DNA from: Eledone cirrhosa
Taxonomy: Eukaryota
Length of the DNA stretch: 64,000 nt
NCBI GenBank assembly: GCA_964016885.1
Contig: OZ024744.1
Span: 18,662,001 to 18,726,000, forward strand
Direction: 5' to 3'
Shown: piece by piece, positions 13,031-27,500 of the stretch
How positions within the stretch are numbered: the first letter of the stretch is position 1
How the letters are laid out: the number at the start of each line of letters is the position of its first letter
Program-made: the position numbers and the translations under genes
The notes under the pieces: model-generated
The model's database searches: none
The model's input: the letters and a program-made list of their open reading frames with translations, nothing else
What the model was told of the DNA's origin: nothing

Positions 13031-15510
13031 GTCACTGTGTATGTCACTGTATGTTTCTGTATGTCTCTTTCACTGTGTATATCACTGTGTGTTTCTGTAT
13101 GTCTGTGTCACTGTATATGTCACTGTATCTTTGTGTATGCCTGTGTCACTGTCTATGTCACTGTATGTTTCTGTATGTCTGTTTCACTGTGTATGTCACT
13201 GTATATTTGTGTATGTCTGTGTCACTCTGTATGTCACTGTGTGTTTCTGTATGTCTGTGTCACTATGTATGCCACTGTATATTTGTGTTGTCTGTGTCAT
13301 TGTGTATGTCACTGGGTGTTTCTGTATGTCTGTGTCACTGTGTATGACACTGTGTCTTTCTGTATGTATGTATCACTGTGTATGTCACTGTGTGTATCTG
13401 TATGTCGGTGTCACTGTGTAAGTCATTGTATCTTTGTGTATGTCTGTGGCACTCTGTATGTCGTTGTGTGTTTCTGTATGTATGTGTCTCTGTGTATGTC
13501 ACTGTATATTTGTGTATGTATGTGTCACTGTGTATGTCACTGTGAGTTTCTCTATGTCTGTATCACTGTGTATGTCACTGTATGTCTCTGTATGTCTGTG
13601 TCACTGTCTATGTCACTGTATCTTTGTGTATGTCTGTGTCACTGTGTATGTCACTGTGTGTTTCTGAATGTCTGTGTCAGTGTGTATGTCACTGTGTGTT
13701 TGTGTATGTCTGTGTCACTGTATGTTTCTGTATGTCTGTGTCACTGTGTATGTCACTGTGTGTTTCTGTATGTATGTGTCACCGTGTATGTCACTGTATC
13801 TTTGTGTATGCCTGTGTCACTGTGTATGTCACTGTCACTGTATGTTTATGTCACTGTGTATGTCACTAAATGTTTGTGTGTGTCTGTGTCTCTGTGTATG
13901 TCACTGTGTGTTTGCGTGTGTCTGTGTCACTGTGTATGTCACTGTGTGTTTCTGTATGTCTGTGTGACTGTGTATGTCACTGTTTGTTTGTGTATGTCTG
14001 TGTCACTGTGTGTGTTTCTGTATGTCTGTGTCACTGTGTATGTCATTGCATGTTTGTGTATGTCTGTCTCACTCTGTATGTCACTGTGTGTTTCTGCATG
14101 TCTGTTTCACTGTGTATGTCACTGTGTGTTTCTGTATGTCTGTGTCACGGTGTATGTCACTGTACGTTTGTGTGTGACTGTGTCACTGTGTATGTCACTG
14201 TGTGTTTGTGTATGTCTGTGTCACTGTATGTTTATGTATGTCTGTGTGACTGTCTATGTCACTGTGTGTTTCTGTATGTTTGTGTCACTGTGTATGTCAC
14301 TAAATGTTTGTGTGTGTCTGTGTCTCTGTGTATGTCACTGTTTGTTTGCGTGTGTCTGTGTCACTGTGTATGTCACTGTATGTTTCTGTATGTCTGTGTC
14401 ACTTTGTATGTCACTGTGTGTTTCTGTATGTATGTGTCACCGTGTATGTCACTGTATCTTTGTGTATGCCTGTGTCACTGTGTATGTCACTGTGTGTTTC
14501 TGTATGTTTGTGTCACTGTGTATGTCACTAAATGTTTGTGTGTGTCTGTGTCACTGTGTATGTCACTGTGTGTTTCTGTATGTCTGTGTGACTGTGTATG
14601 TCACTGTTTGTTTGTGTATGTCTGTGTCACTGTGTGTGTTTCTGTATGTCTGTGTCACTGTGTATGTCATTGCATCTTTGTGTATGTCTGTCTCACTGTG
14701 TATGTCACTGTGTGTTTCTGCATGTCTGTGTCACTGTGTATGTCACTGTGTGTTTCTGTATGTCTGTGTCACTGTGTATGTCACTGTATGTTTCTGTATG
14801 TCTCTTTCACTGTGTATATCACTGTGTGTTTCTGTATGTCTGTGTCACTGTATATGTCACTGTATCTTTGTGTATGCCTGTGTCACTGTCTATGTCACTG
14901 TATGTTTCTGTATGTCTGTTTCACTGTGTATGTCACTGTATATTTGTGTATGTCTGTGTCACTCTGTATGTCACTGTGTGTTTCTGTATGTCTGTGTCAC
15001 TATGTATGCCACTGTATATTTGTGTTGTCTGTGTCATTGTGTATGTCACTGGGTGTTTCTGTATGTCTGTGTCACTGTGTATGACACTGTGTCTTTCTGT
15101 ATGTATGTATCACTGTGTATGTCACTGTGTGTATCTGTATGTCGGTGTCACTGTGTAAGTCATTGTATCTTTGTGTATGTCTGTGGCACTCTGTATGTCG
15201 TTGTGTGTTTCTGTATGTATGTGTCTCTGTGTATGTCACTGTATATTTGTGTATGTATGTGTCACTGTGTATGTCACTGTGAGTTTCTCTATGTCTGTAT
15301 CACTGTGTATGTCACTGTATGTCTCTGTATGTCTGTGTCACTGTCTATGTCACTGTATCTTTGTGTATGTCTGTGTCACTGTGTATGTCACTGTGTGTTT
15401 CTGAATGTCTGTGTCAGTGTGTATGTCACTGTGTGTTTGTGTATGTCTGTGTCACTGTATGTTTCTGTATGTCTGTGTCACTGTGTATGTCACTGTGTGT
15501 TTCTGTATGT
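11944..15510. repeat. 1737-bp near-identical tandem duplication
   Basis: Constant offset of 1737: 12133/13870, 12237/13974, 12567/14304, 12861/14598, 13434/15171, 13582/15319. Confidence 0.9.
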
Positions 15511-18500
15511 CTGTGTCACTGTGTATGACATTGTATCTTTGTGTATGTCTGTGTCACTGTGTATGTCACCGTATGTTTCTGTATGTTTGTGTCACTGTGT
15601 ATGTCACTGTGTGTTTCTGTATATATGTGTCTCTGTGTATGTCACTGTAGTTTTGTGTATGTCTGTGTCACTGTGTGTTTTTGTATGTCTGTGTCACTGT
15701 GTATGTCACTGTATGTTTCTGTATGTCTGTGTCACTGTGTATGTCACTGTTTGTTTCTGTATGTATGTGTCACTGTGTATGTCACCGTATGTGTGTGTAT
15801 GTCTGTGTCACGGTGTATGTCACTGTATCTTAGTGTATGCCTGTGTCACTGTGTATGTCACTGTGAGTTTCTGTATGTCTGTGTCTCTGTGTATGTCACT
15901 GTATCTTTGTGCATGTATGTGTCACTGTGTATGTCACTGTATGTTTCTGTATGTCTGTGTCACTGTGTATATCACTGTGTGTTTCTGTATATCTGTGTCT
16001 CTGTGTATGTCACTGTATCTTTGTGTATGTCTGGGTCACTGTGTATGTCACTGTATATTTGTGTATGTCTGTGTCACGGTGTATATCACTGTATGTTTGT
16101 GTATGTCTGTGTCACTGTGTATGTCACTGTGTGTTTCTGTATGTCTGTGTCACTGTGTATATCAATGTGTGTTTCTGTATCTCTGTGTCACGGTGTATGT
16201 CACTGCATGTTTGTGTATGTCTGTGTGACTGTGTATGTCACTGTGTGTTTCTGTATGGCTGTGTCACTGTGTATGTCACTGTATCTTTGTGTATGTCTGT
16301 GTCACTGTGTATGTCACAGTGTGTTTCTGTATGTCTGTGTCACTGTATATGTCACTGTATGTTTCTGAATGTCTGTGTCACTGTGTATGTCACTGTGTGT
16401 TTCTGTATGTCTGTGTCACGGTGTATGTCACTGTATGTTTGTGTGTGACTGTGTCACTGTGTATGTCACTGTGTGTTTGTGTATGTTTGTGTCACTGTAA
16501 GTTTCTGTATGTCTGTGTCACTGTGTATGTCACTGTGTGTTTCTGGATGTCTGTGTCACTGTGTATGTCATTGTATCTTTGTGTATGCCTGTGTCACTGT
16601 GTATGTCACTGTATGTTTCTGTAAGTTTGTGTCACTGTGTATGTCACTGTATGTTTATGTATGTCTGTTTCACTGTGTATGTCACTGTGTCTTTATGTAT
16701 GTCTGTGTCACTCTGTATGTCACTGTATATTTATGTATGTCTGTGTCACTGTGTATGTCACTGTATGTTTCTGTATGTCTGTGTCACTGTGTATGTCACT
16801 GTATGCTTCTGTATGTCTGTGTCACTGTGTATGTCACTGTATCTTTGTGTATGTCTGTGTCCCTGTGTATGTCACTGTATGTTTCTGTATGTTTGTGTCA
16901 CTGTGTATGTCACTGTGTGTTTCTGTATGTCTGTGTCACTGTGTATGTCACTGTGTGTTTCTGTATGTTTGTGTCACTGTGTATGTCACTAAATGTTTGT
17001 GTGTGTCTGTGTCTCTGTGTATGTCACTGTTTGTTTGCGTGTGTCTGTGTCACTGTGTATGTCACTGTGTGTTTCTATATGGCTGTGTGACTGTCTATGT
17101 CACTGTGTGTTTCTGTATGTTTGTGTCACTGTGTATGTCACTAAATGTTTGTGTGTGTCTGTGTCTCTGTGTATGTCACTGTTTGTTTGCGTGTGTCTGT
17201 GTCACTGTGTATGTCACTGTATGTTTCTGTATGTCTGTGTCACTTTGTATGTCACTGTGTGTTTCTGTATGTATGTGTCACCGTGTATGGCACTGTATAT
17301 TTGTGTATGCCTGTGTCACTGTGTATGTCACTGTGTGTTTCTGTATGTTTGTGTCACTGTGTATGTCACTAAATGTTTGTGTGTGTCTGTGTCACTGTGT
17401 ATGTCACTGTGTGTTTCTGTATGTCTGTGTGACTGTGTATGTCACTGTTTGTTTGTGTATGTCTGTGTCACTGTGTGTGTTTCTGTATGTCTGTGTCACT
17501 GTGTATGTCATTGCATCTTTGTGTATGTCTGTCTCACTGTGTATGTCACTGTGTGTTTCTGCATGTCTGTGTCACTGTGTATGTCACTGTGTGTTTCTGT
17601 ATGTCTGTGTCACTGTGTATGTCACTGTATGTTTCTGTATGTCTCTTTCACTGTGTATATCACTGTGTGTTTCTGTATGTCTGTGTCACTGTATATGTCA
17701 CTGTATCTTTGTGTATGCCTGTGTCACTGTCTATGTCACTGTATGTTTCTGTATGTCTGTTTCACTGTGTATGTCACTGTATATTTGTGTATGTCTGTGT
17801 CACTCTGTATGTCACTGTGTGTTTCTGTATGTCTGTGTCACTATGTATGCCACTGTATATTTGTGTTGTCTGTGTCATTGTGTATGTCACTGGGTGTTTC
17901 TGTATGTCTGTGTCACTGTGTATGACACTGTGTCTTTCTGTATGTATGTATCACTGTGTATGTCACTGTGTGTATCTGTATGTCGGTGTCACTGTGTAAG
18001 TCATTGTATCTTTGTGTATGTCTGTGGGACTCTGTATGTCGTTGTGTGTTTCTGTATGTATGTGTCTCTGTGTATGTCACTGTATATTTGTGTATGTATG
18101 TGTCACTGTGTATGTCACTGTGAGTTTCTCTATGTCTGTGTCACTGTGTATGTCACTGTATGTCTCTGTATGTCTGTGTCACTGTCTATGTCACTGTATC
18201 TTTGTGTATGTCTGTGTCACTGTGTATGTCACTGTGTGTTTCTGTATGTCTGTGTCACTGTGTATGTCACAGTTTGTTTCTGTATATATGTGTCTCTGTG
18301 TATGTCACTGTAGTCTTGTGTATGTATGTGTCACTGTGTGTTTCTGTATGTCTGTGTCACTGTGTATGTCACTGTATGTTTCTGTATGTCTGTGTCACTG
18401 TGTATGTCACTGTTTGTTTCTGTATGTATGTGTCACTGTGTATGTCACCGTATGTGTGTGTATGTCTGTGTCACGGTGTATGTCACTGTATCTTAGTGTA

Positions 18501-21500
18501 TGCCTGTGTCACAGTGTATGTCACTGTGAGTTTCTGTATGTCTGTGTCTCTGTGTATGTCACTGTATGTTTCTGTATGTCTGTGTCACTGTGTATATCAC
18601 TGTGTGTTTCTGTATATCTGTGTCTCTGTGTATGTCACTGTATCTTTGTGTATGTCTGGGTCACTGTGTATGTCACTGTATATTTGTGTATGTCTGTGTC
18701 ACGGTGTATATCACTGTATGTTTGTGTATGTCTGTGTCACTGTGTATGTCACTGTGTGTTTCTGTATGTCTGTGTCACTGTGTATATCAATGTGTGTTTC
18801 TGTATCTCTGTGTCACGGTGTATGTCACTGCATGTTTGTGTATGTCTGTGTGACTGTGTATGTCACTGTGTGTTTCTGTATGGCTGTGTCACTGTGTATG
18901 TCACTGTATCTTTGTGTATGTCTGTGTCACTGTGTATGTCACAGTGTGTTTCTGTATGTCTGTGTCACTGTATATGTCACTGTATGTTTCTGAATGTCTG
19001 TGTCACTGTGTATGTCACTGTGTGTTTCTGTATGTCTGTGTCACGGTGTATGTCACTGTATGTTTGTGTGTGACTGTGTCACTGTGTGTTTGTGTATGTC
19101 TGTGTCACTGTAAGTTTCTGTATGTCTGTGTCACTGTGTATGTCACTGTGTGTTTCTGGATGTCTGTGTCACTGTGTATGTCATTGTATCTTTGTGTATG
19201 TCTGTGTCACTGTGTATGTCACTGTATGTTTCTGTAAGTTTGTGTCACTGTGTATGTCACTATGTGTTTCTGTATGTCTGTGTCTCTGTGTATGTCACTG
19301 TATGTTTCTGTATGTCTGTTTCACTGTGTATGTCACTGTGTCTTTATGTATGTCTGTGTCACTCTGTATGTCACTGTATATTTCTGTATGTCTGTGTCAC
19401 TGTGTATATCACTGTATGTTTCTGTATGTCTGTGTCACTGTGTATGTCACTGTGTGTTTCTGTATGGCTGTGTCACTGTGTATGTCACTGTATCTGAGTG
19501 TATGTCTGTGTCACTGTGTATGTCACAGTGTGTTTCTGTATGTCTGTGTCACTGTCTATGTCACTGTATGTTTCTGAATGGCTGTGTCACTGTGTATGTC
19601 ACTGTGTGTTTGTGTATGTCTGTGTCACTGTATGTTTCTGTATGTATGTGTCACTGTGTATGTCACTGTGTGTTTCTGTATGTCTGTGTCACTGTGTATG
19701 ACATTGTATCTTTGTGTATGTCTGTGTCACTGTGTATGTCACTGTATGTTTCTGTATGTCTGTGTCACTGTGTATGTCACTGTGTGTTTCTGTATGTCTG
19801 TGTCACTCTGTATGTCACTGTATATTTCTGTATGTCTGTGTCACTGTGTATGTCACTGTATGTTTCTGTATGTATGTGTCACTGTGTATGTCACTGTATG
19901 CTTATGTATATCTGTGTCACTGTGTATGTCACTGTATCTTTGTGTATGTCTGTGTCCCTGTGTATGTCACTGTATGTTTCTGTATGTTTGTGTCACTGTG
20001 TATGTCACTGTGTGTTTCTGTATGTCTGTGTCACTGTGTATGTCACTGTGTGTTTCTGTATGTTTGTGTTACTGTGTATGTCACTAAATGTTTGTGTGTG
20101 TCTGTGTCTCTGTGTATGTCACTGTTTGTTTGCGTGTGTCTGTGTCACTGTGTATGCCACCGTGTGTTTCTGTATGTCACTGTGTGTTTGTGCATGTCTG
20201 TGTCACTGTATCTTTGTGTATGCCTGTGTCACTGTGTATGTCACTGTGTGTTTCTGTATGTTTGTGTCACTGTGTATGTCACTAAATGTTTGTGTGTGTC
20301 TGTGTCACTGTGTATGTCACTGTGTGTTTCTGTATGTCTGTGTGACTGTGTATGTGACTGTTTGTTTCTGTATGTCTGTGTCACTGTGTATGTCACTGTG
20401 TGTTTCTGTATGTCTGTGTCACTGTGTATGTCACTGTATGTTTCTGTATGTCTGTTTCACTGTGTATATCACTGTGTGTTTCTGTATGTCTGTGTCACTG
20501 TATACGTCACTGTATCTTTGTGTATGCCTGTGTCACTGTCTATGTCTCTGTATGTTTCTGTATGTCTGTGTCACTATGTATGCCACTGTATATTTGTGTT
20601 GTCTGTGTCATTGTGTATGTCACTGGGTGTTTCTGTATGTCTGTGTCACTGTGTATGACACTGTGTCTTTCTGTATGTATGTATCACTGTGTATGTCACT
20701 GTGTGTATCTGTATGTCTGTGTCACTGTGTAAGTCATTGTATCTTTGTGTATGTCTGTGGCACTCTGTATGTCGTTGTGTGTTTCTGTATGTATGTGTCT
20801 CTGTGTATGTCACTGTATATTTGTGTATGTATGTGTCACTGTGTATGTCACTGTGAGTTTCTCTATGTCTGTGTCACTGTGTATATCAATGTGTGTTTCT
20901 GTATGTCTGTGTCACTGTATATGTCACTGTATCTTTGTGTATGCCTGTGTCACTGTCTATGTCTCTGTATGTTTCTGTATGTCTGTGTCACTATGTATGC
21001 CACTGTATATTTATGTTGTCTGTGTCATTGTGTATGTCACTGGGTGTTTCTGTATGTCTGTGTCACTGTGTAAGTCATTGTATCTTTGTGTATGTCTGTG
21101 GCACTCTGTATGTCGTTGTGTGTTTCTGTATGTATGTGTCTCTGTGTATGTCACTGTATATTTGTGTATGTATGTGTCACTGTGTATGTCACTGTGAGTT
21201 TCTCTATGTCTGTGTCACTGTGTATGTCACTGTATGTCTCTGTATGTCTGTGTCACTGTCTATGTCACTGTATCTTTGTGTATGTCTGTGTCAACATGTA
21301 TGTCACTGTGTGTTTATGTATTTCTGTGTCTCTGTGTATGCCACTGTATCTTTGTGTATGTCTGCGGCACTGTGTATGTCACTGTGTGTTTCTGTGTGTC
21401 TGTGTCTCTGTGTATGTCACTGTATGTTTCTGTATGTCTGTTTCACTGTGTATGTCACTGTGTCTTTATGTATGTCTGTGTCACTCTGTATGTCACTGTA

Positions 21501-24500
21501 TATTTCTGTATGTCTGTGTCACTGTGTATATCACTGTATCTTTGTGTATGTATGTGTCACTGTGTATGTCACTGTGTGTTTCTGTATGTCGGTGTCACTG
21601 TGTATATCACTGTGTGTTTCTGTATATCTGTGTCTCTGTGTATGTCACTGTTTGTTTGCGTGTGTCTGTGTCACTGTGTATGTCACTGTGTGTTTCTGTA
21701 TGTCTGTGTGACTGTGTATGTCACTGTGTGTTTGTGTATGTCTGTGTCACTGTATGTTTCTGTATGTCTGTGTCACTGTGTATGTCACTGTGTGTTTCTG
21801 TATGTATGTGTCACCGTGTATGTCACTGTATCTTTGTGTATGCCTGTGTCACTGTGTATGTCACTGTCACTGTATGTTTGTGTCACTGTGTATGTCACTA
21901 AATGTTTGTGTGTGTCTGTGTCTCTGTGTATGTCACTGTGTGTTTGCGTGTGTCTGTGTCACTGTGTATGTCACTGTGTGTTTCTGTATGTCTGTGTGAC
22001 TGTGTATGTCACTGTTTGTTTGTGTATGTCTGTGTCACTGTGTGTGTTTCTGTATGTCTGTGTCACTGTGTATGTCATTGCATGTTTGTGTATGTCTGTC
22101 TCACTCTGTATGTCACTGTGTGTTTCTGCATGTCTGTTTCACTGTGTATGTCACTGTGTGTTTCTGTATGTCTGTGTCACGGTGTATGTCACTGTACGTT
22201 TGTGTGTGACTGTGTCACTGTGTATGTCACTGTGTGTTTGTGTATGTCTGTGTCACTGTATGTTTCTGTATGTCTGTGTGACTGTCTATGTCACTGTGTG
22301 TTTCTGTATGTTTGTGTCACTGTGTATGTCACTAAATGTTTGTGTGTGTCTGTGTCTCTGTGTATGTCACTGTTTGTTTGCGTGTGTCTGTGTCACTGTG
22401 TATGTCACTGTATGTTTCTGTATGTCTGTGTCACTTTGTATGTCACTGTGTGTTTCTGTATGTATGTGTCACCGTGTATGTCACTGTATCTTTGTGTATG
22501 CCTGTGTCACTGTGTATGTCACTGCGTGTTTCTGTATGTTTGTGTCACTGTGTATGTCACTAAATGTTTGTGTGTGTCTGTGTCACTGTGTATGTCACTG
22601 TGTGTTTCTGTATGTCTGTGTGACTGTGCATGTCACTGTTTGTTTGTGTATGTCTGTGTCACTGTGTGTGTTTCTGTATGTCTGTGTCACTGTGTATGTC
22701 ATTGCATCTTTGTGTATGTCTGTCTCACTGTGTATGTCACTGTGTGTTTCTGCATGTCTGTGTCACTGTGTATGTCACTGTGTGTTTCTGTATGTCTGTG
22801 TCACTGTGTATGTCACTGTATGTTTCTGTATGTCTCTTTCACTGTGTATATCACTGTGTGTTTCTGTATGTCTGTGTCACTGTATATGTCACTGTATCTT
22901 TGTGTATGCCTGTGTCACTGTCTATGTCACTGTATGTTTCTGTATGTCTGTTTCACTGTGTATGTCACTGTATATTTGTGTATGTCTGTGTCACTCTGTA
23001 TGTCACTGTGTGTTTCTGTATGTCTGTGTCACTATGTATGCCACTGTATATTTGTGTTGTCTGTGTCATTGTGTATGTCACTGGGTGTTTCTGTATGTCT
23101 GTGTCACTGTGTATGACACTGTGTCTTTCTGTATGTATGTATCACTGTGTATGTCACTGTGTGTATCTGTATGTCGGTGTCACTGTGTAAGTCATTGTAT
23201 CTTTGTGTATGTCTGTGGCACTCTGTATGTCGTTGTGTGTTTCTGTATGTATGTGTCTCTGTGTATGTCACTGTATATTTGTGTATGTATGTGTCACTGT
23301 GTATGTCACTGTGAGTTTCTCTATGTCTGTATCACTGTGTATGTCACTGTATGTCTCTGTATGTCTGTGTCACTGTCTATGTCACTGTATCTTTGTGTAT
23401 GTCTGTGTCACTGTGTATGTCACTGTGTGTTTCTGAATGTCTGTGTCAGTGTGTATGTCACTGTGTGTTTGTGTATGTCTGTGTCACTGTATGTTTCTGT
23501 ATGTCTGTGTCACTGTGTATGTCACTGTGTGTTTCTGTATGTCTGTGTCACTGTGTATGACATTGTATCTTTGTGTATGTCTGTGTCACTGTGTATGTCA
23601 CTGTATGTTTCTGTATGTTTGTGTCACTGTGTATGTCACTGTGTGTTTCTGTATATATGTGTCTCTGTGTATGTCACTGTAGTTTTGTGTATGTCTGTGT
23701 CACTGTGTGTTTTTGTATGTCTGTGTCACTGTGTATGTCACTGTATGTTTCTGTATGTCTGTGTCACTGTGTATGTCACTGTTTGTTTCTGTATGTATGT
23801 GTCACTGTGTATGTCACCGTATGTGTGTGTATGTCTGTGTCACGGTGTATGTCACTGTATCTTAGTGTATGCCTGTGTCACTGGGTATGTCACTGTGAGT
23901 TTCTGTATGTCTGTGTCTCTGTGTATGTCACTGTATCTTTGTGCATGTATGTGTCACTGTGTATGTCACTGTATGTTTCTGTATGTCTGTGTCACTGTGT
24001 ATATCACTGTGTGTTTCTGTATATCTGTGTCTCTGTGTATGTCACTGTATCTTTGTGTATGTCTGGGTCACTGTGTATGTCACTGTATATTTGTGTATGT
24101 CTGTGTCACGGTGTATATCACTGTATGTTTGTGTATGTCTGTGTCACTGTGTATGTCACTGTGTGTTTCTGTATGTCTGTGTCACTGTGTATATCAATGT
24201 GTGTTTCTGTATCTCTGTGTCACGGTGTATGTCACTGCATGTTTGTGTATGTCTGTGTGACTGTGTATGTCACTGTGTGTTTCTGTATGGCTGTGTCACT
24301 GTGTATGTCACTGTATCTTTGTGTATGTCTGTGTCACTGTGTATGTCACAGTGTGTTTCTGTATGTCTGTGTCACTGTATATGTCACTGTATGTTTCTGA
24401 ATGTCTGTGTCACTGTGTATGTCACTGTGTGTTTCTGTATGTCTGTGTCACGGTGTATGTCACTGTATGTTTGTGTGTGACTGTGTCACTGTGTATGTCA

Positions 24501-27500
24501 CTGTGTGTTTGTGTATGTTTGTGTCACTGTAAGTTTCTGTATGTCTGTGTCACTGTGTATGTCACTGTGTGTTTCTGGATGTCTGTGTCACTGTGTATGT
24601 CATTGTATCTTTGTGTATGTCTGTGTCACTGTGTATGTCACTGTATGTTTCTGTAAGTTTGTGTCACTGTGTATGTCACTGTATGTTTATGTATGTCTGT
24701 TTCACTGTGTATGTCACTGTGTCTTTATGTATGTCTGTGTCACTCTGTATGTCACTGTATATTTATGTATGTCTGTGTCACTGTGTATGTCACTGTATGT
24801 TTCTGTATGTCTGTGTCACTGTGTATGTCACTGTATGCTTCTGTATGTCTGTGTCACTGTGTATGTCACTGTATCTTTGTGTATGTCTGTGTCCCTGTGT
24901 ATGTCACTGTATGTTTCTGTATGTTTGTGTCACTGTGTATGTCACTGTGTGTTTCTGTATGTCTGTGTCACTGTGTATGTCACTGTGTGTTTCTGTATGT
25001 TTGTGTCACTGTGTATGTCACTAAATGTTTGTGTGTGTCTGTGTCTCTGTGTATGTCACTGTTTGTTTGCGTGTGTCTGTGTCACTGTGTATGTCACTGT
25101 GTGTTTCTATATGGCTGTGTGACTGTCTATGTCACTGTGTGTTTCTGTATGTTTGTGTCACTGTGTATGTCACTAAATGTTTGTGTGTGTCTGTGTCTCT
25201 GTGTATGTCACTGTTTGTTTGCGTGTGTCTGTGTCACTGTGTATGTCACTGTATGTTTCTGTATGTCTGTGTCACTTTGTATGTCACTGTGTGTTTCTGT
25301 ATGTATGTGTCACCGTGTATGGCACTGTATCTTTGTGTATGCCTGTGTCACTGTGTATGTCACTGTGTGTTTCTGTATGTTTGTGTCACTGTGTATGTCA
25401 CTAAATGTTTGTGTGTGTCTGTGTCACTGTGTATGTCACTGTGTGTTTCTGTATGTCTGTGTGACTGTGTATGTCACTGTTTGTTTGTGTATGTCTGTGT
25501 CACTGTGTGTGTTTCTGTATGTCTGTGTCACTGTGTATGTCATTGCATCTTTGTGTATGTCTGTCTCACTGTGTATGTCACTGTGTGTTTCTGCATGTCT
25601 GTGTCACTGTGTATGTCACTGTGTGTTTCTGTATGTCTGTGTCACTGTGTATGTCACTGTATGTTTCTGTATGTCTCTTTCACTGTGTATATCACTGTGT
25701 GTTTCTGTATGTCTGTGTCACTGTATATGTCACTGTATCTTTGTGTATGCCTGTGTCACTGTCTATGTCACTGTATGTTTCTGTATGTCTGTTTCACTGT
25801 GTATGTCACTGTATATTTGTGTATGTCTGTGTCACTCTGTATGTCACTGTGTGTTTCTGCATGTCTGTGTCACTATGTATGCCACTGTATATTTGTGTTG
25901 TCTGTGTCATTGTGTATGTCACTGGGTGTTTCTGTATGTCTGTGTCACTGTGTATGACACTGTGTCTTTCTGTATGTATGTATCACTGTGTATGTCACTG
26001 TGTGTATCTGTATGTCGGTGTCACTGTGTAAGTCATTGTATCTTTGTGTATGTCTGTGGGACTCTGTATGTCGTTGTGTGTTTCTGTATGTATGTGTCTC
26101 TGTGTATGTCACTGTATATTTGTGTATGTATGTGTCACTGTGTATGTCACTGTGAGTTTCTCTATGTCTGTGTCACTGTGTATGTCACTGTATGTCTCTG
26201 TATGTCTGTGTCACTGTCTATGTCACTGTATCTTTGTGTATGTCTGTGTCACTGTGTATGTCACTGTGTGTTTCTGTATGTCTGTGTCACTGTGTATGTC
26301 ACAGTTTGTTTCTGTATATATGTGTCTCTGTGTATGTCACTGTAGTCTTGTGTATGTATGTGTCACTGTGTGTTTCTGTATGTCTGTGTCACTGTGTATG
26401 TCACTGTATGTTTCTGTATGTCTGTGTCACTGTGTATGTCACTGTTTGTTTCTGTATGTATGTGTCACTGTGTATGTCACCGTATGTGTGTGTATGTCTG
26501 TGTCACGGTGTATGTCACTGTATCTTAGTGTATGCCTGTGTCACAGTGTATGTCACTGTGAGTTTCTGTATGTCTGTGTCTCTGTGTATGTCACTGTATG
26601 TTTCTGTATGTCTGTGTCACTGTGTATATCACTGTGTGTTTCTGTATATCTGTGTCTCTGTGTATGTCACTGTATCTTTGTGTATGTCTGGGTCACTGTG
26701 TATGTCACTGTATATTTGTGTATGTCTGTGTCACGGGGTATATCACTGTATGTTTGTGTATGTCTGTGTCACTGTGTATGTCACTGTGTGTTTCTGTATG
26801 TCTGTGTCACTGTGTATATCAATGTGTGTTTCTGTATCTCTGTGTCACGGTGTATGTCACTGCATGTTTGTGTATGTCTGTGTGACTGTGTATGTCACTG
26901 TGTGTTTCTGTATGGCTGTGTCACTGTGTATGTCACTGTATCTTTGTGTATGTCTGTGTCACTGTGTATGTCACAGTGTGTTTCTGTATGTCTGTGTCAC
27001 TGTATATGTCACTGTATGTTTCTGAATGTCTGTGTCACTGTGTATGTCACTGTGTGTTTCTGTATGTCTGTGTCACGGTGTATGTCACTGTATGTTTGTG
27101 TGTGACTGTGTCACTGTGTGTTTGTGTATGTCTGTGTCACTGTAAGTTTCTGTATGTCTGTGTCACTGTGTATGTCACTGTGTGTTTCTGGATGTCTGTG
27201 TCACTGTGTATGTCATTGTATCTTTGTGTATGTCTGTGTCACTGTGTATGTCACTGTATGTTTCTGTAAGTTTGTGTCACTGTGTATGTCACTATGTGTT
27301 TCTGTATGTCTGTGTCTCTGTGTATGTCACTGTATGTTTCTGTATGTCTGTTTCACTGTGTATGTCACTGTGTCTTTATGTATGTCTGTGTCACTCTGTA
27401 TGTCACTGTATATTTCTGTATGTCTGTGTCACTGTGTATATCACTGTATGTTTCTGTATGTCTGTGTCACTGTGTATGTCACTGTGTGTTTCTGTATGGC

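Noticed and set aside
10127-16228. 2033-aa ORF and all other Cys/Val-rich + strand ORFs (superficially metallothionein-, keratin-associated- or membrane-protein-like)
   Set aside because: They are open in all three frames with the same peptide. The 38-bp period is not a codon multiple, indels ignore frame, and stops arise only from sporadic variants. This is the expected translation of a stop-free GT-rich satellite.
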